From positions 930,001 to 994,000 of the forward strand of contig JBHGNT010000014.1 of the NCBI GenBank assembly GCA_043228905.1: a stretch of 64,000 bases of DNA. The letters are read 5' to 3'. The stretch's first letter is position 1. Every line of letters starts with the position of its first letter. Shown here one piece after another: positions 37,323 to 52,400 of this stretch. The notes under the pieces were generated by a model. That model saw only the letters and a list, made by a program, of their open reading frames with translations. It had not been told where the DNA came from and did not search any database. This DNA is from Azolla caroliniana (lineage: Eukaryota > Plantae > Polypodiophyta). Position numbers and translations under genes: made by a program.

Positions 37323-38327
37323 TGTGGTGTGCATGTGTTGATCTCTTATGTGCATTTCACAATATATTTATTGTTATTATGACCTCCTATTTTCTTATAT
37401 GATACTACAATGGTTGTATTATAATGCAACGGCCTTTGTCACATACTCATCATAGTTATATAGCATACAAGGATCTCACTATTTTTTAAGTGTATCAGAT
37501 TTTTATGATGCTTGAGTTTTGACCAACTTCTTATTTATGTATGAGCTCTTATTCAGTTTTCATGCGATAGCACGAGGTTGTGTAAATAAACACCGTACTT
37601 TCTCATGTTCAAAAAACAACGATTTCGGGGTTTTGCATACGACATTTTGATCTAGGCTAATTTCCTTCCTACATGCATAGAAATCATGTGTTCGCAAATT
37701 GTTTGTATGATAGTGTACTCAAGTTTGAGTCAATCATGTAAACAATTTGAGCAAGTTAACTTCTTTAGCTCTTTCAAGTTTTGCATGTTTGCTCCTTTTT
37801 GTTTTGGGTATATGCGCTTCTTGATAGGACGCTCTTGGGGGAAACCTATTCGACTTATGCATCCTCTTTGGAAGCTATGCTAAACATGGTTCATGTACCA
37901 TAGGATCGAATTTTGATCATAGGAATGTGTGGACAAAATATATGAATTTACAAACAAGTGGAATCGATGAATTTAAGAATCCACACATACAATGACTCTT
38001 AAGGAAGATCCTGATTGCAGCATGAATTTGTTCATTACAACTAATGTTACAACACCAATCTATAAATTTTTCTTTTGGACTTCGCATAGGTCTATGTCAG
38101 GAAATAACATCACGGATCGTCTATGGTACCTCAATATCTTTCTTGAAGTTGAGACATGGGGTACGTGCTCTTTGATATTACAAAACATCGAGCAGAGTGC
38201 ACGAAGAAAAGCTTTGAGGACGAGAGGGCATCAATTGCTTCATTTATCAACATTTATTTGGAAGTCCATTTATAAAAGTCAGATTGAATGCCATGGTTTT
38301 ACCTTGGTAGTTGAAACCAATTACAAA

Positions 38328-39683
38328 GTTATATTTATCATTGCTGGTCACATGTACAAAACTAATTTGGTATTGGACATAGCATGAAAGAGATTTTGGA
38401 AGCCCATACTCCTCCAAGAGGCAGGTTGGGTCGTGGGCATAAGGGACTTTACGATAGAGTCAATAATTCTCTTCATTGCCAAATAGAATTAGCCTTAATA
38501 GTGCTAGGGGTCGGCACCTCCCTAGTTGCGCAACACATGTATTCCTTACCAGCTTATGCATTTATAGCACAAAGACTACATGACTCAAGCCGAATCATAT
38601 ACTCATCACCATTATATTGTTGGGTTTATCATGACAAGAGCTTTTGTGCATGGTGCTATATTCTTTATCCGAGATTATGATCCGGAACAGAACAAAGGAT
38701 AACGTCTTAGCAAGAATGTTGGAACATAAGGAAGCAATAATTGCTCATTTGAGTTGGGCTAGCTTATTCCTCGGATTCCACACCTTAGGTCTTTATGTTC
38801 ATAACGAAGTAATGTTAGATTTCGGGACTCTAGAGAAGTAGATTCTTATTGAGCATGTATTTGCTCAATGGATCCAAACTGCTCACGATAAAGCTTCGTA
38901 TGGGTTTGGTGTACTCCGATCCTCAGGAGATAGTCTAGCAATCAATGTCGGTCGGAGTTTATGGTTATTTGGACGTTATCAATAACAATAGTAATTCATT
39001 ATTCCTTGCGATTGGACCTGGATATTTATTGGTTCACCACGCAATTGCTTTGGGTCTGCACACAACCACATTGATTTTAGTGAAGGGTGCATTAGATGCC
39101 CGTGGTTCTAAGTTGATGCCAGATAAAAAAGACTTTGGTTACAACTTTCCTTGTGACGATCCAGGCAGGGGTGGCACCTGCGACATTTCGGCTTGGGACA
39201 CTTTTTACTTAGCCGTTTTCTGGATGCCAAACACAATTGGATGGGTTACATTCTATTGGCACTGGAAGCATATAACCTTGTGGCAAGGTAATGTTGCTCA
39301 ATTGAATGAATCTTCTACTTATTTGATGGGATGGTTGAGGGATTACCTATGGCTTAACTCCTCGCAACTAATTAACGGCTACAACCCGTTTGGTATGAAC
39401 AATCTATTCGCGTGGGCATGGATGTTTCTATTTGGACATCTTGTGTGGGCTACTAGATTTATGTTCTTGATTTCATGGCGTGGATATTGGCAATAACTTA
39501 TTGAAACCTTGGCTTGGGCCCATGAACGTACGCCCTTGGCAAACGTGATACTTTGGAAGGATAAACCCGTTGCTCTTTCCATCGTTCAAGCAAGGTTAGT
39601 AGGGGCTAGCCCATTTCTCAATAGGTTACGTATTTACATATGCAACTTTCCGCATAGCATCTACCTCAGGTAAGTTCGGATAA
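38328..39683 (+). pseudogene. psaB: Nuclear plastid insertion (NUPT): 3' part of psaB (photosystem I P700 apoprotein A2)
   Basis: Reads IAGHMYKTN...[46 protein letters not shown] and ASTSGKFG-stop, with internal stops and frameshifts. Confidence 0.93.
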
Positions 39684-40363
39684 TCCATCAGTTTATGAAT
39701 TTACCTCCTAATCAACAAAGTATTTTTTTCTATTTTGAGTTTGCCCGTGCCACTATTACCCTATTGGGGCTAATCGCAAAATCAACGAGATTACAAGTTG
39801 ATTCATAAAAAGAAAAAGGAAAAAAATGTATATATACATTTTTGTTCCTTTTTCTACCCACAAGTCGAAGGCAAATAAATACTTCCATAACAGATCGTAT
39901 CCGTGTTCTATGTTTAGAATAGCATAAAAATCCCATTCAACTGACCCTAAACCCTAACCCCCCCCACCTTGACCAACAAATGTCATTGTTCCTGGGATTT
40001 TGCCCAACATTGCCCGAGACCTAACCCAAGTCCGATTGCATCTTAAGGTAGTCCACAAGGTAACGAGACAAGCGAATGATTTGGAACGAACAATTCACGA
40101 AAGACAAGATCAAGTCCATGACCCGGACCATGAGCAAGAACAAGGCCAAGGCCAAGACCAAGACCAAGATTAAGACCCAGACCAAGACCCAAGACCAAGA
40201 CCAAGATTAAGACCCAAACCAAGACCCAAGACCTAAACCCTAAGACTTGAGTGGGAACATTATGGTCATCTCTACTCCACTCTCTCTTGACTTTTTTTTT
40301 TCCCATGTATTTCGGTTTTTATTGGTTTGGCATGTAGGGAAGCAACAGATTTACTTCCCGCCA

Positions 40364-40412
40364 TAACCCTAACCCTAACCCTAACCCTAACCCTAACCCT
40401 AACCTTAGCCCT
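40364..40412. promoter_or_regulatory. (CCCTAA)6 telomere-like (telo-box-like) array just upstream of the helicase start codon
   Basis: Six perfect CCCTAA units at 40367-40402. More TTTAGGG units lie in intron 1. A regulatory role is inferred only. Confidence 0.5.
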
Positions 40413-40440
40413 GATCCGTGATTCTCACTTTCTGTCCTCT

Positions 40441-43400
40441 ATGGCTCGTCCTAAACGCATGGCAGCAACACGCAGTGCGGAAAAAGGTTCATCTCTCTCT
40501 CTCTCTCTCTGTGTTTCTGTTTCTGTGCTTTGTTTCTGGTCTTCTCTTTGATTCATGTGTTTTTCATTAAGGGGGTTTAGGGTTTAGGATTACGAGTTGG
40601 GATTAAAATTTTAATGCTCTGGATTCAGGATTTAGGGTTTAGGCTTTTAAGGACATATCTGAAAAACTGGCATTTCTCAATTGATTTGTATTCGATTTGA
40701 CATGGATTATACTCGCTGTTTCTGTTCAGTGAAGTTGCTATTGGATGTTCATGAAAATGAAGCAGTAGATGGCGATGATACAATTGTACCCAATAGTTCA
40801 AGGGAGAGTAGCTCATCAGAATCCATCAGTTTGAGCAGCATTGATAGCGGTGGGTGGTATTACTGTGATTATCTGTGTTTTAGCTCCATAGGTATCCATT
40901 GATTTTCCTTTACATGGATCGGTAATGATGAGTGATACTACTATCATCACCTCTCTGTTTTAATTCCATAGAAATCTATCTTATTTGTATCGGTTTTGTT
41001 CTACATTGATCAATTGCATCGGACATCAATCCATAGATGATGATGATAGCGGAACTGATGAAGGTGAAATTCCCTATTCTGCCAGAAACAATAGGAAAAA
41101 GCAAAAAACTGTGGATGGGTTTACTTCTGATGTTCTAGGGCATGTGCCTTTTGACGTGGATCATGTGCTCAGTGAAGAATATACACACGTTGAAGATACA
41201 TGTGTTGAAGAGGGTAATATTATTAGTGATGATGATACACCGAAGAGTGGGCATAGAAGCAAAAAATCTCATTGCAAGAGGGCACGGAAAGGAAAGAAAG
41301 CCAGATCGAGGACCACCAAGCTTGAGTGGGAATGTTGGGAGGAGGACCATCTCGAAAGCCAGGGACCATGGGGAGATGCAGATGATAGTCTCGATTTCTC
41401 AAGCAAGAGGATTATCCAGACTACTGATCCCGCATCTGATATTCTAATGCCTTTGTTGCCTTTTCAGAAAGAATGGTTATGGTGGAGTCTGATGCAAGAA
41501 CATTCAGATATTAGAGGAGGCATTTTGGCTGATGAGATGGGTATGGGGAAGACTATACAGGCCATATCTCTCATTCTTACAAGCCGATCGAAAAAGGAAT
41601 CCCAATCAGCAGGTAAAGCATCTTCTTCTTTAGATGCCCAGATGATTATGAATGATCCATTAGAGGGGATAATCCCCGTAAAGGGAACATTGGTCATTTG
41701 TCCAGTAGTGGCTGTGATTCAGTGGAGGAATGAAGTTGCTCGATTTACTAGACAGGATAGTGTGAAAGTTCTGGTTTATCATGGAGCAAAACGTCGCAAA
41801 GATGTCAATGAACTTGCGGAGGCTGATATTGTTTTGACGACTTATTCTATTGTTGAGTCAGAGTATAGGAATACGATGTCATCTGGCAAGTTACGTTGCC
41901 GATGGTGCCAGAAACTATTTCATCTAGATCGATTAGTGGTTCATCAGCAATACTATTGTGGTCCTCATGCTCGTAAAACTGCAAAACAATCCAAACAAAT
42001 AAAGAAACAGCCAATGAAGGGATCAGAGGTGTTTTCTAAGTTGTCTTCTTGGGATCAAAGTGAAGATTGCATGGCTGGAAAAACGAAGAATGCTTCTAGT
42101 GGGAGAGGTAGAAAACGGAAAATCCACGAAGTAGAGATGGAGGCAGCAATATCTGAAGCTGTAGAATCGTTAAAGGCTGATGATTCTTGTAAACCAGGTG
42201 AGAAAGACTTCTCAGCATTACATGCTGTGAAATGGAACCGAATCATTCTTGATGAGGTAAGATCATGGATTTATCAAAGGCTTAATCTATCAGATTTTTC
42301 GCCACCTGACACATAACATTTGCTACTTCTGATTCTAATAGGCTCATTGCATCAAGGATAGGAAATGTAACACGGCTAAATCAGTATTTGCATTGCACTC
42401 AAATTTTAAATGGGCTCTTAGTGGTACTCCTTTACAGAACCGAGTTGGAGAGTTGTACTCCCTTGTATGTGCCTTCATTGCTTATCGGGCTATTTGTTAT
42501 CCGTTTATTCCTGGAGCTGTTATCTGATTCTCCATTCTTTGAGTATTGCAGGTCCGGTTTTTGGAGATTCAACCCTACTCATATTATTACTGCAAGTTAT
42601 GCGATTGCAAATCCTTGGATTATAGGTGATCAGACGATTGACCGTATTTGGCATTGTTGTGTTTTGCTCTACTAATGACAGTGATTATGTTCAACATTCT
42701 TGTTACATTTGTCTCTAACAGAATTTCTTCTGCAGCTTTAATGGAGGGCGGAAATGTAATCATTGCCATCATTCAGCACTTTCTCATTTCTGCTGGTGGA
42801 ACAAGGCAAAAAAACTGATTTTTCAATTGTTCTTTATAGGATATCTGTATTATTTGCTTCTGTTTCATATGATAGCTTTAGTTTATGTCAGTTTATTGCA
42901 AATCCAATAAAGCACTGGGGATATGTTAACGAGGGTCGCAAAGCCATGATGTTATTGAAGCACAAATTGCTTGATAGTATCCTTTTAAGGAGGACCAAAT
43001 TGGAGTGTGCTGCGGATCTAGCCCTTCCTCCTAGCACAGTACGTTTTCTTGCCTCAGTAAAGAGAAAATTAGATGCCTGCATAAGCTGGATGTGCTAACT
43101 TGTTTATTGTTGGGATTCAGAAATTTCTTCGAAGGGACTGTTTTGATCCAAGGGAGGATGACTTCTACCAAGCGCTTTACACTCAAAGCCAATCCCAATT
43201 CAACACGTAATATATATAGGGATTCCTAGAACTTTGGTTGAATATATACATGTCTATCTTAATTTATAATTCTATGTATCAATTTATTGGTTTGATGCCT
43301 TATTTGTTGACAAATAAAAAACAAATGACAGGTACATCGATGCGGGGACACTTGTAAACAATTATGCACACATATTTGATCTTCTAACAAGGTTACGGCA

Positions 43401-46362
43401 GGTTCGGCTTCAGTGTCTGTGACATACATCTGAACTGAACTTGACATAGGTTAGAGGTAACAAACTTAGCATCTGCATGGATATTACAGGCTGTTGATCA
43501 TCCCTATCTAGTTGTGTATAGTAAAACAGGACAAGGAACTTCTGTCCAGTATACTGGGCAAACTGATGTAGGCCCCAATGATGAAATATGCAGCATTTGC
43601 AGTGACCCTTTTGAGGAACCTTTTGTAAGTATTTGCTTTGCACAGGGTCTTTTGTAAGTGTATGGTTTTTGCACAACTCTTCTGTAAGTACTATGGGGTT
43701 TGGATAAACTCTTCTGTAGATCCTACAGGTTTTACATAAACGATTTCGTAACTGTTATAGATTTTTATGCTCTCTTTTGATTAGGATTTTTACAACTTCA
43801 GATTGTAAAATTAGTGCTGTTATGGTTGCAGGTAACTGATTGTAATCATATGTTTTGCAAAGCTTGTATTATGGAGTATGTAGCTGCGGCTATTCAAAAA
43901 CCTCCTTGTCCCATGTGCCAAAAACCTCTAACGATTGATTTCACATCCACAAAAGCTGGAAAAAACAGTAGACAAGATATTTTGAAGAAATCCAAAGGAA
44001 TTAAATCTAGTAGCATACTGAGTAGGATAGACTTGAAGCAGTTCCAAACAAGCACCAAAATTGAGGCACTAGTAAGTGTGGCCTTACATTGCTATAAAAC
44101 ATTTTGCTTTGACTTGAAAATTAGCCAAATCCACCAATTTGAAGACTCAAAAATTGATTGGTGATGAATATGTCATCAATAGGGCTTAGGTTTTAACACT
44201 GAAAGAGATCGGCTAATGTTTGATGGTCTCTACAAAAATGTTTGGCGCAATCCTCTTAATGGTAGATTTGCTAACAACAGATTTATTGACTATGAAGAAA
44301 CGGATCTAGATGTTGGATATTAAAGAAATGAATCTACATCTTGAATGTGACGAAATAGATCTAGTTTTTTGAATGTGAAGAAATAGATCTAGATGTTGAA
44401 CTATCAGATCATCAATCTAGATCTCGAATATTAAGAAATACGTACAATGTTGAATATTAAGAAAATGGATCTAGATCTTAAATATGTTAGCTATGGATAA
44501 TGCATTCCTTAAACATGTCCTGATGTATATTTTTTATGCAGAGATAAATCTAGACCATGAACATTAAGAATAAATTATTAAGTTGTTGTAATGATGGATT
44601 CACTGACAATGGATGGTATATAGCTTAAACATGTCTTCATCGCTATACATACTACAGAGAGAAGAAATCATGGAGATGCTAGAAAAGGATTGCACTGCGA
44701 AGGCAATCATATTCAGCCAATTTACATCCTTTCTGGAATTGATCAGTTTCCGATTGGCAAAGGTTAGAATACCATTTCTTGGTATTGGTTGTTCTTGAAG
44801 CTGTGTGTGAATGCCAAGATATAACGATTTGGTCACATGCAGTTTGGCATCAAGTGTGTGAAACTGGATGGAAGCATGTCCCTCCCAGCAAGGGATCAAA
44901 TGATAGAGAAGTTTACGAATGATCCTGGTTGCAAGGTTAACAAAATTTTCTGATAAGAGTGAAAGACTTCCAGTAGAAAACCATAGATATGCCTAACATA
45001 TGTCAATGTAGGGTTATTATTGATGCTGAATTTTTGTAAATGTCATGTGCCAGATCTTTCTGATGAGTTTGAAAGCGGGTGGCGTGGCTCTCAATCTGAC
45101 TGTGGCTTCACATGTAGGGTTGGTTTTGCTTCAATGTAGTTAATTATAAAAAGTCTGAAAACTCAAGAAGAGTGCATTTTTTGTATTGAGGCAACATACG
45201 AGTGGTATACCGTGCTTTTATTAAATGGGTTCTACTCCCACCAATTTACTAGACGATGATGTGAACGCGCCCGTCTACTCTCTACCAGCGAACTTTACTG
45301 ACTGAGCTACATTTTTTTGAAAAATATTCTTCTTATTTGATTCATGGTGTATTCATGACATTGTACTTTTTTCCAGGTCTTCTTGATGGACCCTTGGTGG
45401 AACCCTGCTGTTGAGCAGCAAGCCCAAGATCGAATTCATCGACTTGGTCAATATAAGCCCATAAGGTGAGGGAGCATATGAAAATCTAGTAAAATAATCT
45501 CCATTTAAAGCCTTTGGTCTTCTCTGGTTATGAACTCCTAGTCATAGCATTGGAAAAATGTAGTTAAATATACAAACTTCCTCCTACTGTCAGGATCACC
45601 ATCAAAATAAAGTAAAACCAAAATGATCTTGGTCAAAAAAATGTTTAATTAGAAGGTTAACTCTCCACCATAATCCCTGCCCGTCAGCTAGCCTGAGGCT
45701 TAGTAGATGCATACCATGTGGTTTTGCTTTGGAATGAGTACACCGAATGTTGCTACTTTGAGGGAACACCACTACAAGAACGGGAGAAATGAAGAAACAA
45801 GGGAAAGGGTACTAAAACCTTTATATATATTCATAAATCCCAGATCCAGTTCCCTGACCATAGATATCCAAGAGTATGCATGGAATAAATCCATTCACAT
45901 GCCAGTGGATGTATCTCTAGCTTTATTGTTGACTCCTAATTATGGTTGTGTGGATGTCTCTAATGTTGACTACTAATCGAGGCTCTGTGTGATTCGACTA
46001 TTTATTCCTGATTAAGTTTATGTATGCATGTAACAGCCCCTGCTATAGTGTTGATTGAAAGTAAGTAATTTTGGTATAGGGTGGTAAGATTTGTTATCGA
46101 GAATACTATCGAAGAGCGGATCCTCAAGTTGCAAGAGAAGAAACAACTGGTTTTCGAAGGGTATGGAGCTCAAAACTTTTCCTTGATGCAAAAAAGAAGA
46201 ATCTTTTTCATTTTGTTTCAAATAGAATCATCAATAAATCTTGATTTTTCCCACTTCTGTTTTTGGTTGCAATGACTTTTTGTTGTTAGGACTGTTGGAG
46301 GCTCTTCAGAAGCTCTTGGGAAGCTAACTGAAGGCGACCTACGCTTCTTGTTTACAAGCTAA
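40441..46362 (+). CDS. RAD16: RAD16-like SNF2 helicase/RING DNA-repair protein, ~17 exons
   Basis: Exons begin 40441-40486, 40730-40849, 41037-42256, 42342-42464 and end at 46290-46362. Motifs [17 protein letters not shown]|[22 protein letters not shown] (CNHMFCKAC...CPMC), [42 protein letters not shown] and C-terminal DLRFLFTS. Confidence 0.9.
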
Positions 46363-49300
46363 GCTAACCAGTCCGTAGGCTCAGATTCTGACCAAAGCAG
46401 TATGTGACAAAAGGTCAGTTATGTTGTTCCCATGCACTTTTTGTCGTAAACCTCTTGTAATTCATTAACTTATTGCTTCATCCAAGGATGTTAAAAAGTT
46501 GTATATATATAATTACTACTATGTGAGAGCTGTACAGCATGTTCTGTATTCAATCAAAATTCTTTTTCTTTTGGAAAGTTTGAACAATTAGGCTGTTTTT
46601 GCATGGCAAGGTCTTTATTTTGGTTGCAGCTTTGTGCATTCTAATGACAAAACATCAGGTCTTTATGATAAAAAACATGACGAAAATGAAACTTCCTGGT
46701 TCAGATATCAATCACATCTTAGTGAAGGTAAAAAGTTGATTTATGTCAACCTAAGTGAACGTTTTTGAGAAACCTAATTCATCCTCTAAATCAGGTCGTG
46801 TTTCCTTTACATTCTAGCAGTCTGTCTTTGTTACTCGATAATTTTATTTAGGTAAACATGAACAAACTATCCTTAAAAAATTTCGTTGTTGATTCTTCTC
46901 TTTCATGGTGTTGATATTCAAAGTCAGAAGTTGAAAACAAATATCTGTTATTTTCATGAAGGATATTTATCATATTTGTTTGCATTACTATACTGAGCAT
47001 ACAAATAGTTAAGTGTTAAACTCATCGTGATGTATTCGATGATACCTTTTGCTTTCAATACGCTAATCTCATGGGCGTTTTTATATGACTTTAAATTCTC
47101 ATTGTGATTCTACCTGGTCTTAATTAATTAGTTGAGAGAAAACAAAATGATCAACTCTCAATTTCTTGAAAGATAAAAAATATAGAATAATGAGATAGAT
47201 CCTCATGGATGGAGCTTTGCACAAAAGCTAATTTTATGGCTAATTTCTGACACTTGCGAACATCGTCTTTAACATGGCATTGTTTTGACTAACATTATTA
47301 TTTCTGGTACGATGTTGCATTCAATGTTGGATGCTTTCTTCACATCCAAGTTTGTTACATCTCACATCGCTGTGTCTTGTGTTGGAATGCACGACATCGT
47401 TGGGTAACGTATTTTTCTACTACGTGTGAAATTATGGCTTTTAGTTCGAATCTTCTGATAATGTTATAAGGGCTAGCATATATACTTTTGAAATGTCGGG
47501 GATGGGGATTCTGTTTGAAGGGAAGTTAAGAAGGAATATGTTTTCTGAGTCACATACAGAAGGCAATTGCACTTTTTGAGTCAGTACACAACATATGTAT
47601 GGCATGATATCAAATTGTTATGTGGCAATCTTTTACAATTGATCATATTTTTCAGAAACTGCATTGTTCAAACTACAGTAAATTATAGGCAAGGCCTCAA
47701 TAGTACAAAAGTGAAACAGGCAAACCCTGTAATTGCCTAACAAAAACTACAAACTTATAGTAATGGCACTCCTTGGGTCAATGACATGAGATTCGATCAG
47801 AAGGACATAACTTCATTGAAGTACCAAAATTTGTTATTGAATGATTAATACATTCCATTATTTTCATATGCGGTATCATTTGGTAACATATTTTTTGGCA
47901 CATGCATTGATGAAGTTAGTCAATTTACATGCATGACTTTGAAAATTGGAAGTTAATATTTGCCATAATATCTAGTAGATAGGTAAGTCCTAAGGATACT
48001 ATGTGAGAAATTTCTTCCATTAACCCTTACAATATGCTTGTTTGCAAGTCTAAACATGTACGTGTGAATGCATTAACAACTTCTTTTATGTTGTTATGTG
48101 TGCTGTTCATGTACATATGGAGTCATGTATGTCAAGTTTTCCTTCTAAGAGAGACACATGTTTTATTAAGTCTTCCTTCCGATAGAGGGATAGATTTTTA
48201 TAAAACCGTCCATGATGGAGGAAAAAAAATTTCTCATCAAAGTTTGGTTGATTGTATGAAATGTTTAAACATGGTATGCAACAGATCAATCAATGCAAAC
48301 CTTGTTCTAAATTACTAGAGATTTTCATTTCAAGCTAGGTATAGTGAATGTAGTTTATTGGTATTTTAGGGAGTGAATGAAGTCTTAGTGTTGTGGGTGA
48401 GTAACCGTGAGTCTTTAATTCCCAAATTAAAAGTTTAGGTGATGAAGTATAAGCGGGTTAATAATGTCAAAAGGGGAGTGTTAAAGCATGGGTATGAGTA
48501 AAAGGGGGATTTAAAAGCTTAATTCTAAGCTTTTCTCGATTCGTAGATAGAACCTTGACGTTGGTCAACGTGGCGGGTTCCACTCTTGTCATTTGAAAAA
48601 ATCGATTCATCATAACTTTTCAGACCTTAAATTTGCATTCTTTTTTTTGGCAGCCCTCATGACTAACTTTGTGTGTGCGCTATGATTCCTTTGGCATGAA
48701 CTTTTGAGATCCAATTTCCATGAAATCCGTGCTCAAAATTATGCGCCACGCAATATGTCATGATTGTTGTTCAATCACAATGTATATTACACAATAGGTT
48801 ACCATAAATAATTTTATATGGATATAAAAACTAATATATTACATCAAAAACTTACAACTAAATCAAATACGATAGGAAACCTCAACTTTGTTATGTGGAG
48901 TGGCTTTTATGGCAATAAGTAGATGAGATAGAGGAGTATATGACTCACTTGTAGAGCTTCAGGAGGGGATCCTCAAGTTTCAATGCAATGTCCCAACAGA
49001 TGATGGCTATGTTGCTTCTTGTTGTTGGTCTTACACACCCTCTTGATTCACAACATTGACCCTAATTGAAATCTCAACAACGCTTTCATCTTACACCATA
49101 GTCTTATCCATGACGAGGAGCTCTCTTATCTCTTTTATAGGCGTATATGCCTCCTCATCAAATAAAAATAGTAGAACTTTTTGCATGCACCTATATTTGT
49201 CTTCTAAGGATGCTTGGTATGAGCAAAATGTTAATCAACATGCCCATCTATTCACTCTTCCTTCGTTCGGCCCATTAGATTCCACATAATGCATTATCAT

Positions 49301-49467
49301 TTTGAGCTATGTCCTTTTGTTGTCTCTAGCCTAATCATGTCTCATGTCCTTCTCGTTGTACTTTTGGCTAATCTGTCAATGTTTCATATAACTTGAATTT
49401 GATGATCTTGCTCTCCTGAGCACTCCACATACAAAACTTTACATATTATACTATGTAGTTTGCACCT

Positions 49468-52400
49468 ATTCGGCCAAGGACGAGGCGGACTAGGCCCGAC
49501 TTACGAAAACAACTCGCAATTTTAGCATCAAGATGGAAGCTATCGAGGAACCTTCGGAAGAAGGGGGAGCTTCCATTCCGGTCCAAGTCGACAAAACTCA
49601 ATCGAATGCGGATATTGCAGAAAAATCAATCACCACGAAGAAGAGTGCCGTAAGAAGATGCATGAGTCGGCTTCCACTAGCCGACAACTCACCAATTACG
49701 CCACCAACTCCGACTATGACGATCGTGGCGGAATGTTCGTGATGAGACATAGAGCAAATTCTATGTCTGCTTCTACTTCAACTAGTGCCTCCGGTCCGGA
49801 AGATGTATGGTTCGTCAACTCCAGTGCCTCGAACCATATGACATTCATCAGGAATGGTTCCGAGAACTTCAAGAGCCGGAACATCCCGACTATGTCAAAC
49901 TGGAGACGACACTACGCATCCAATTCGACACATCGACAATGTCCCATTCGGCAAAGAAGATAACCAACCTTTTATTAATAATGTCTTGCATGTACCAACC
50001 ATTCTGAAGATTTTGGTCTCCGTCGGCCAAATTTATTTAGCAAGGGATGAAGGTACGATTTAATCAAGGCGGTTGCTTCATTGAAAAAAAGGGCCGACTC
50101 ATCGCTCGCGGACGAAGAGAGGGCCGAATGTTCATTCTCGACTCGCACGAGATGAAATCAACCATGTTCGCAAAGGGCACGAAAGCCGATTCCGACATAG
50201 AGTTATGGCACAAGCAGATTGACCATATCAACCTCCAAAAGCTCAAGGCAATGCAATCGAAAGGAGTCATCATCGGGCTCCTGACATTCAAGGAGAAAGA
50301 GACTGAAGGTGTGTGTGTCGTTTGCCAATTTGGCAAGCAACATCGGCACCCATTTCCAAAGGAGCGGAACGTGAGCAAAGGCGTACTCGACGTAATCCAT
50401 TCTGATGTATGGGGTCCGACTCAAACAGCTACATTTGGCGGATGCCGATACTACGTGGCCTTCATCGACGACTTCTGCAGGCACACCTAGATCTACCTCA
50501 TGCGGCAAAAGAGTGAAATGTTCAGACACTTCCAAAATTTTAAGAATAAAGTCGAGAACGCCACGACCGACATGTACAAGGTCTTCGGTCGGATGGAGGG
50601 GAGCACTTCTCCGACGAATTTTCGGCTTTTCTACGGAAAGAAGGAATTCGGCAAGAGTTTTCGTGTCGACATATGCCACAACAAAACAAAGTGGCCAAAT
50701 GAAAGAATCGACACATCCTCGAAGTAGCACGGGCCATGATGAACGAAAAGCACTTGCCGAAGTCGTACTAGGCAGAAGCGGCTAACACGGTCGTATACCT
50801 CATGAATCGATGAACTTACTCCGCACGAGAAGTTTTTCGAAAAGAAGCCGGACCTATCACATGTTTGGATATACAACTCCATTGCGTACGTGCACATCCT
50901 TGATGAGAAACGACAAAAGCTTGACCCGAAGTTGGAGAAATGTATCCTCATAGGATACTCACTTGATCAAAAGGGGTACAAGTGCTATAACCCCTCAACT
51001 CGAAAATCTCGAGTAAGTTGAGACGTCGTTTTCGACGAGTCCACATCTTGGTATGCACAAGAGACAACTTCGACTCCGATTCCGCTCAGCCCGGAATTTG
51101 TCGAAATAGAGATAGAAGCCGAAGATTGGCTCACGTGCATGTATGAAGAAAGCCCGATTACGACAAGGCTTAGTGGGCCACAAGAGCCTCCAAGTGATCA
51201 AAGCACATCTTGGCCGAGTTCGAAGCTGGACAAAGGGGACGCGAAAATGCCGACGTATGAAGACGATCACGTCGACGGCAACGAATCGACTCACTCCCTC
51301 GATAGCGAGTTCGAAGGCCTTGACATCCGGACAAATGGACGAAGAAAGCCTTAAGTATCCACAAATGAGAAGCTCCGTCGATCAACTCGTGAAAAGAACC
51401 CCGTAAACCGATTCGGCTACAACGATTATATGGCATACCATTACGTCTTTATGATGAATGTAGCGACAGTACGGGAGCCGGAAACGTTTTCCGACGTTGC
51501 GAAGGATGCCCGATGGGTTGAAGCGATGAATGAGGAGATGCAAGCACTCTCCAAAAACAAGACATGGGATCTTGTTCCCCACTCACCGCATAAGAAGACG
51601 ATTGGCTGTAGATGGATCTACGAGGTGAAGTATAACGCCGACGGCTACGTAAACCGCTAAAAAGCTCGATTCATAGCAAAAGGATACACACAAACACATG
51701 GAGTTGACTACGAAGAGACATTTGCCCCGGTGGAAAAGATGACGATTGTGCGGACCGTGATCACACTCACAACAATGAAAGGGTTGCACCTCCACTAGAT
51801 GGACGTCAAGAACACCTTTCTTGAAGGTGAATTAGAAGAGGAAGTGTACATGGTACAACCACCCGGCTTCGAATCGCATACTCATCTGAAAGCCGTGTGC
51901 CGACTCAAGAAGCCACTCTACGGCCTCAAGCAAGCACCACATGCTTGGCATTCGAAGATTACGCAATGTCTTCATCAATTCGGATTTCGGATGTCGAAAT
52001 CCGACAACTCCCTCTACGTACAAAACGACTTTAGAAGCTCAATTGTCATTGTTCTATACGTGGATGATCTGGTCATTGGAGGAGAAAGTTTTGTCAACAT
52101 CAATAAGGTGAAATCCCTCCTCTCCAACAAATTCAAGATGACGGACTTGAAGGAACTTCATTACTTCCTAGGCATCGAAGTAATTCGGATTCCAACCGGC
52201 ATTATGATCTCTCAACGATACTACATTCTCAACTTATTATACAAGTTTGGGATGGCAGAGTGCAAATCTGTGTCAACCCCTCTCGATCAAAACCTCAAAC
52301 TAGATGGTGACTCTGGCACAGACGAGTGTGAGCCGACTCAATATCGACAACTGATCGGGAGCCTCATCTATCTCACAATCACACGACCCGACCTCAACTA

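Noticed and set aside
38328-39683. Functional psaB or plastid contig contamination
   Set aside because: The copy is 5'-truncated, has multiple stops and frameshifts, and is embedded in nuclear sequence.
40364-40412. True telomere or chromosome fusion scar
   Set aside because: Only six units, in one orientation, next to a start codon.
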